DNA of 60,764 nt, the filler included. It is 3 parts of 3 records of this genome, joined end to end, with 100 filler letters (N's around TTAATTAATTAA, not from the genome) between each part and the next. Parts side by side here need not be neighbours in the genome. Positions count along the whole stretch, not along the records: positions 50,120 to 60,764 come from SRR20825006_501; 2 more parts are not named here. One strand, 5' to 3'. Positions 56,380 through 60,764 of the stretch are shown in pieces. The number at the start of each line of letters is the position of its first letter. The first letter of the stretch is position 1. The notes beneath the pieces are model-generated. The model saw nothing but the letters and a program-made list of their open reading frames with translations. It was not told the DNA's origin and made no database searches. Position numbers and translations under genes: made by a program.

Positions 56380-57819
56380 ATGGAAAAAATTATTGACGAA
56401 AAAACACAAGGAAATACGCTAACACTGGAAGCTCGAGAAGGCAATTCCAAAAAGCTTTACATAGAAAGTTACGGCTGTGCTATGAATTTTAGCGACTCCG
56501 AAATTGTGGCTTCCATACTTGCAGACCAAGGTTTTAACACTACAAACTTACTGGAAGAAGCAGATTTGGTATTGGTAAATACCTGCTCCATCCGCGATAA
56601 AGCTGAACAAACAGTTCGCAAGCGATTGGAAAAATACAATGCCGTAAAACGTATTAATCCAAAAATGAAAGTTGGCGTTCTCGGCTGTATGGCGGAACGT
56701 TTAAAGGAAAAATTTCTAGAAGAAGAAAAAATTGTGGATTTGGTTGTTGGCCCAGATGCCTACAAAGACATTCCAAATTTGCTGAAAGAAGTTGAAGAAG
56801 GCCGTGATGCTGTAAACGTTATTCTTTCTAAAGAAGAAACCTATGGCGATATTTCCCCCGTGCGTTTGGGTGGTAATGGAATCACTGCTTATGTGAGCAT
56901 TACGCGCGGTTGCGACAATATGTGTACTTTCTGCGTAGTGCCTTTTACACGTGGTCGAGAACGTAGCCGCGATCCTCAAAGTATTCTGAATGAAGTAAAT
57001 GATTTGGCTGAAAAAGGTTATAAAGAAATTACATTGCTCGGCCAAAATGTGGACAGTTACCTTTGGTATGGCGGCGGATTGAAAAAAGATTTCAAAAATG
57101 CTTCCGAAATGCAACAAGCCACTGCAACTGATTTTGCGCAATTGCTAGATATGGTTGCTGTAAAACATCCAAAAATGCGCATTCGTTTTTCAACCAGCAA
57201 TCCACAAGATATGGGCGAAGATGTATTGCATATTGTAGCAAAACACAAAAATATTTGCAATCACATTCACCTGCCTGTTCAAAGTGGAAGCACTCGCATT
57301 TTGAAAGAAATGAACCGTCAACACACCCGTGAAGAGTACATGAAACTGGTTGATCGGATTAAAGAAATCATTCCAGGATGTTCCATTTCACAAGATATGA
57401 TTATTGGTTTCCCTACTGAAACAGAAGAAGACCACGAAGAAACCAAGAGTTTGATGGAATACGTAAAATATAGTTTTGGCTATATGTACAAATATTCTGA
57501 AAGACCAGGAACTATGGCTGCACGAAAGCTAGAAGATGATATTCCTGAAGAAACAAAAAGCCGAAGATTAACCGAAATTGTTGATCTTCAACAAAAACAT
57601 AGCGCCATTCGCACAAGAGGATTTTTAGGAAAAACGGTTACTGTTTTAATTGAAAAAGAATCGAAAAAAAACAAAGATGAATGGAGCGGAAGAACAGAAC
57701 ATAACAATGTTGTGGTTTTTCCGAAGTCAACATACAAAACAGGAGATTTCGTTAACGTAAAAATAAACGATTGCACTACAGCAACCTTGATTGGGGAAGC
57801 TGTAGAATTAGCTCTATAA
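56380..57819 (+). CDS. miaB: tRNA methylthiotransferase MiaB
   Basis: SYGCAMN, NTCSIR, CDNMCTFC radical SAM motif, C-terminal TRAM. Confidence 0.95.
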   Translation: MEKIIDEKTQGNTLTLEAREGNSKKLYIESYGCAMNFSDSEIVASILADQGFNTTNLLEEADLVLVNTCSIRDKAEQTVRKRLEKYNAVKRINPKMKVGVLGCMAERLKEKFLEEEKIVDLVVGPDAYKDIPNLLKEVEEGRDAVNVILSKEETYGDISPVRLGGNGITAYVSITRGCDNMCTFCVVPFTRGRERSRDPQSILNEVNDLAEKGYKEITLLGQNVDSYLWYGGGLKKDFKNASEMQQATATDFAQLLDMVAVKHPKMRIRFSTSNPQDMGEDVLHIVAKHKNICNHIHLPVQSGSTRILKEMNRQHTREEYMKLVDRIKEIIPGCSISQDMIIGFPTETEEDHEETKSLMEYVKYSFGYMYKYSERPGTMAARKLEDDIPEETKSRRLTEIVDLQQKHSAIRTRGFLGKTVTVLIEKESKKNKDEWSGRTEHNNVVVFPKSTYKTGDFVNVKINDCTTATLIGEAVELAL

Positions 57820-57934
57820 CGTTCAACGGAAGCAAGTAGCTTAATCGATTGTTCAAAGAAAAAATAATTATGTTTTTAAATATACATAACATTCAGTTCA
57901 ACTATTCAAATTCCCCATCTGGGGCTTAGCGCTT

Positions 57935-59260
57935 ATGGAAAGCATACAAGCAACAAAACAACGATTCGGAATAATAGGCAACGACCCAAAACTAAACCGC
58001 GCCGTGGAAAAAGCAATCCAAGTGGCTCCTACAGATATTTCGGTATTAGTTACAGGTGAAAGCGGTGTTGGGAAAGAGAGTATTCCTAAAATAATCCATT
58101 CACTTTCGCATAGAAAACACGGAAAATACATTGCCGTAAACTGTGGTGCAATCCCTGAAGGAACAATTGACAGCGAACTTTTTGGTCACGAAAAAGGTTC
58201 TTTTACAGGTGCAACTACAACCCGAAGTGGTTATTTTGAAGTAGCTGATGGCGGCACCATTTTTCTTGATGAAGTTGGCGAGTTACCGCTTCCTACACAA
58301 GTGCGTCTGCTACGGGTATTGGAAAACGGCGAATTCTTAAAAGTAGGTTCTTCCGCAGCACAAAAAACAGATGTGCGCATTGTTGCCGCAACCAATGTAA
58401 AAATGACCGAAGCTATTGAAAAAGGCAAGTTCCGTGAAGACCTTTTTTACAGATTGAGCACTGTTGATATAAACTTACCACCCCTTCGTGAAAGGCAGGA
58501 AGACATCCATTTACTTTTTAGAAAGTTTGCCGCAGATTTTGCACAGAAATATAAAATGCCCACCATACGTTTGGACGATCGCGCTACAGATTTATTGTTA
58601 AAATATCGCTGGAGTGGAAATATTCGTCAGTTGCGAAATGTGGCGGAGCAGATTTCAGTTTTGGAGCAAAATCGTGAAATTTCTTATGAAACGCTAAAAC
58701 ATTATCTGCCAGATATGGGTAGTAACCTTCCCGCAATTGTAAATGCGAAAAAAGTTGAAAGCGATTTCAGCAGCGAGCGCGAAATTCTTTACAAAGTATT
58801 GTTTGATATGAAACGTGATGTAAACGATCTTAAAAAACTTACTTTAGAGCTAATGAAAACGGGGAATGCAGCAAAAGTGAAAGAAGAACAATCGTCGCTT
58901 ATTAATAAAATTTATTCAGATGAAAACACTGCTGATGAAGAATTAGCTTCCTTTATTGAAGATGAAAATATTGGAGATGAAACCGATGTAGAAGTTTTCA
59001 GTATTCCTGAAAATACTTCAGAATCTTTCGGCCATTCAACGCCACATAGAGACCATGCTGCCCAAGAGTTAAAAAGAAAAGATAAATACGAGTATGCGGA
59101 AGATATTGAAGAAGAAGAAAACCTTTCTCTTCAACAAAAAGAGCTCGAATTAATTAAAAAATCGCTTGAAAAATATAATGGAAAACGAAAAGATGCCGCA
59201 GATGAATTGGGCATTTCTGAAAGGACATTGTATAGAAAAATAAAACAATACGACCTCTAA
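57935..59260 (+). CDS. Sigma-54-interacting AAA+ / Fis-HTH regulator without N-terminal sensor
   Basis: GESGVGKE, SELFGHEKGSFTGA, FLDEVGE, LGISERTLYRKI. Confidence 0.9.
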   Translation: MESIQATKQRFGIIGNDPKLNRAVEKAIQVAPTDISVLVTGESGVGKESIPKIIHSLSHRKHGKYIAVNCGAIPEGTIDSELFGHEKGSFTGATTTRSGYFEVADGGTIFLDEVGELPLPTQVRLLRVLENGEFLKVGSSAAQKTDVRIVAATNVKMTEAIEKGKFREDLFYRLSTVDINLPPLRERQEDIHLLFRKFAADFAQKYKMPTIRLDDRATDLLLKYRWSGNIRQLRNVAEQISVLEQNREISYETLKHYLPDMGSNLPAIVNAKKVESDFSSEREILYKVLFDMKRDVNDLKKLTLELMKTGNAAKVKEEQSSLINKIYSDENTADEELASFIEDENIGDETDVEVFSIPENTSESFGHSTPHRDHAAQELKRKDKYEYAEDIEEEENLSLQQKELELIKKSLEKYNGKRKDAADELGISERTLYRKIKQYDL

Positions 59261-59315
59261 ACTCACGTTTACAGTGCATACCAGCGTTTAGAAAATTAAA
59301 TAAGAAATAAAGTAG

Positions 59316-59828
59316 ATGCCAAAAATTGTTTCAATTATAATGTTTGTTTGTACCGCAATTGCGTTGCAAGGTTGTGGTGCGTATTCGTTTACGGGTGCAG
59401 ATATAAATTATAACACGACCAAAACGGTGCAGGTAAATTATTTTCAAAATATCGCGCCTCAAGTTGAGCCAGGAATTGAACGTGATTTTACGCAAAAATT
59501 ACAAGATTTATTGCTAAATCAAACAAGTTTAGATTTAGTTACCAATAGCGGCGATTTAGTTTTTGAAGGAGAAATTACTCAATTTTACACAGCTCCAATA
59601 ACCGCAACTTCAAACAGTACAGCAGCGCAAAACAGATTAACAATTTCAATAAATGTGCGCTTTTTTAACACAAAAGATCCATTGAAAGATTTTGAGCAGC
59701 CTTTTAGTTTTTATTATGATTATGAAGGAGCATCGCTCTTAGTTGGATCGCAATTGGATGCGGCAATCGATGTTATTTTTGAACGCATAACGCAGGATAT
59801 TTTTAATAAATCGCTTGCAAATTGGTAG
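59316..59828 (+). CDS. lptE: LptE family lipoprotein
   Basis: LQGC lipobox, YSFTGA, DIFNKSLANW. Confidence 0.8.
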   Translation: MPKIVSIIMFVCTAIALQGCGAYSFTGADINYNTTKTVQVNYFQNIAPQVEPGIERDFTQKLQDLLLNQTSLDLVTNSGDLVFEGEITQFYTAPITATSNSTAAQNRLTISINVRFFNTKDPLKDFEQPFSFYYDYEGASLLVGSQLDAAIDVIFERITQDIFNKSLANW

Positions 59829-59873
59829 CATTTTACTTAAAATAGTCCTTTTTTGACCAAAAAACACACAAAA

Positions 59874-60764
59874 TTGAATATTGAAAATTATACATATCTA
59901 CTCGCTAACCCACAGAAAATAACTTCTGAGGATATGGCTGCATTGGATTTGCTTATAAAAAAATACCCCTATTTTCAAAGTGCGCGTGCTTTGCAACTTA
60001 AGGGCTTAAAAAATGAAAATAGTTTTTTGTACAACGATGCCTTAAAGCTTACTGCTTCACACACTACGGATCGCGATATTTTGTTTGAATATATTACCTC
60101 TGAAAGATTTATTCAGAATGAAATTTCACAAACTATTTTACAGCACGATGCTTCCGTAGGTGAAATAAAAGTTATTTCTGAAAATGTTTCAGAACAGATA
60201 AGTGTTGAAACAGAGAAACAATTACAGGCTGAAATGCAAAAAGCCGAAAATATACTAAACCCGGATTTATTTCAAAGAAAAGCTACCTCTGCAATTAATT
60301 TAGCAGAAGAAAAAGAAAAAGCTGAAACATTACTTCAACCAGACAAACCTTTAGAATTTACTAAAAACGACACCCACTCTTTTTCAGAATGGTTAAAATT
60401 GACAAAGGCAAAACCTATTGCGCGTGCTGAGGAAACAACAAAGCAAACTACAGACTCCGGGACTCAAGAAAACGAGACTTCTAAAACTTCGATTATAGAT
60501 GAAAAAGAGCGGAAATTTGAGCTAATTGATAAATTTATTCAAGAAAAGCCAAAAATTTCACCCGTTGAAATTGATAAAAAAAGACAAAACACAGAAAGCC
60601 AAACCAACCTTGCTACTTCATACCAACAACAGTCTGATTCGCTAATGACGGAGACTTTGGCAAAAGTTTATTTACAGCAAAAGAATTATAAAAAAGCAAT
60701 TCAAGCATATAAAATTTTAATTTTGAAAAATCCCGAAAAAAGTGGTTTCTTTGCAGACCAAATT
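59874..60764 (+). CDS. Conserved Flavobacteriaceae TPR protein (3'-truncated; absent from the ORF track)
   Basis: TTG start, KKYPYFQSAR...MTETLAKVYLQQKNYKKAIQAY...PEKSGFFADQI; runs off the window end. Confidence 0.8.
   Translation, partial: MNIENYTYLLANPQKITSEDMAALDLLIKKYPYFQSARALQLKGLKNENSFLYNDALKLTASHTTDRDILFEYITSERFIQNEISQTILQHDASVGEIKVISENVSEQISVETEKQLQAEMQKAENILNPDLFQRKATSAINLAEEKEKAETLLQPDKPLEFTKNDTHSFSEWLKLTKAKPIARAEETTKQTTDSGTQENETSKTSIIDEKERKFELIDKFIQEKPKISPVEIDKKRQNTESQTNLATSYQQQSDSLMTETLAKVYLQQKNYKKAIQAYKILILKNPEKSGFFADQI

Noticed and set aside
57935-59260. Sensor-less sigma-54 activator with GSFTGA
   Set aside because: It appears to belong to the ordinary miaB-regulator-lptE-TPR block of Flavobacteriaceae

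Overview
The window is three unrelated contigs joined by artificial 100-bp spacers (44 N + TTAATTAATTAA + 44 N at 28148-28247 and 50020-50119), so adjacency across the spacers is meaningless. Contig 1 (1-28147, alphaproteobacterial, Thalassospira-like by inference) has housekeeping and regulatory genes (slyX, DUF3095, two LysR modules, greB, hrpB), a Phd/YefM-PIN toxin-antitoxin pair with a perfect 18-bp operator, and a ~16-kb Wzx/Wzy exopolysaccharide locus with odd architectures: a WecB/TagA glycosyltransferase fused to a signal-like segment and unknown domain, two alpha/alpha-toroid-like proteins, two ligase/Wzy genes and a Tyr-poor Wzc. Contig 2 (28248-50019, high GC, Hyphomonas-like by inference) has dps, an LsrB/VtlR-type LysR, a low-GC orphan membrane gene, an LdtD/M15-peptidase pair, an HTH-S24 repressor, cckA, dksA, a FliM-like gene and flbT. 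Contig 3 (50120-60764, AT-rich Flavobacteriaceae) has gldKL, partial gldM, topA, miaB, a Fis/AAA regulator, lptE and a TPR protein. The strongest new signal is an unannotated ~114-nt AbcR-like sRNA candidate downstream of the lsrB/vtlR-like gene, with two anti-Shine-Dalgarno motifs, a promoter, an upstream palindrome and a terminator. No database searches were run; family calls come from motif recognition.
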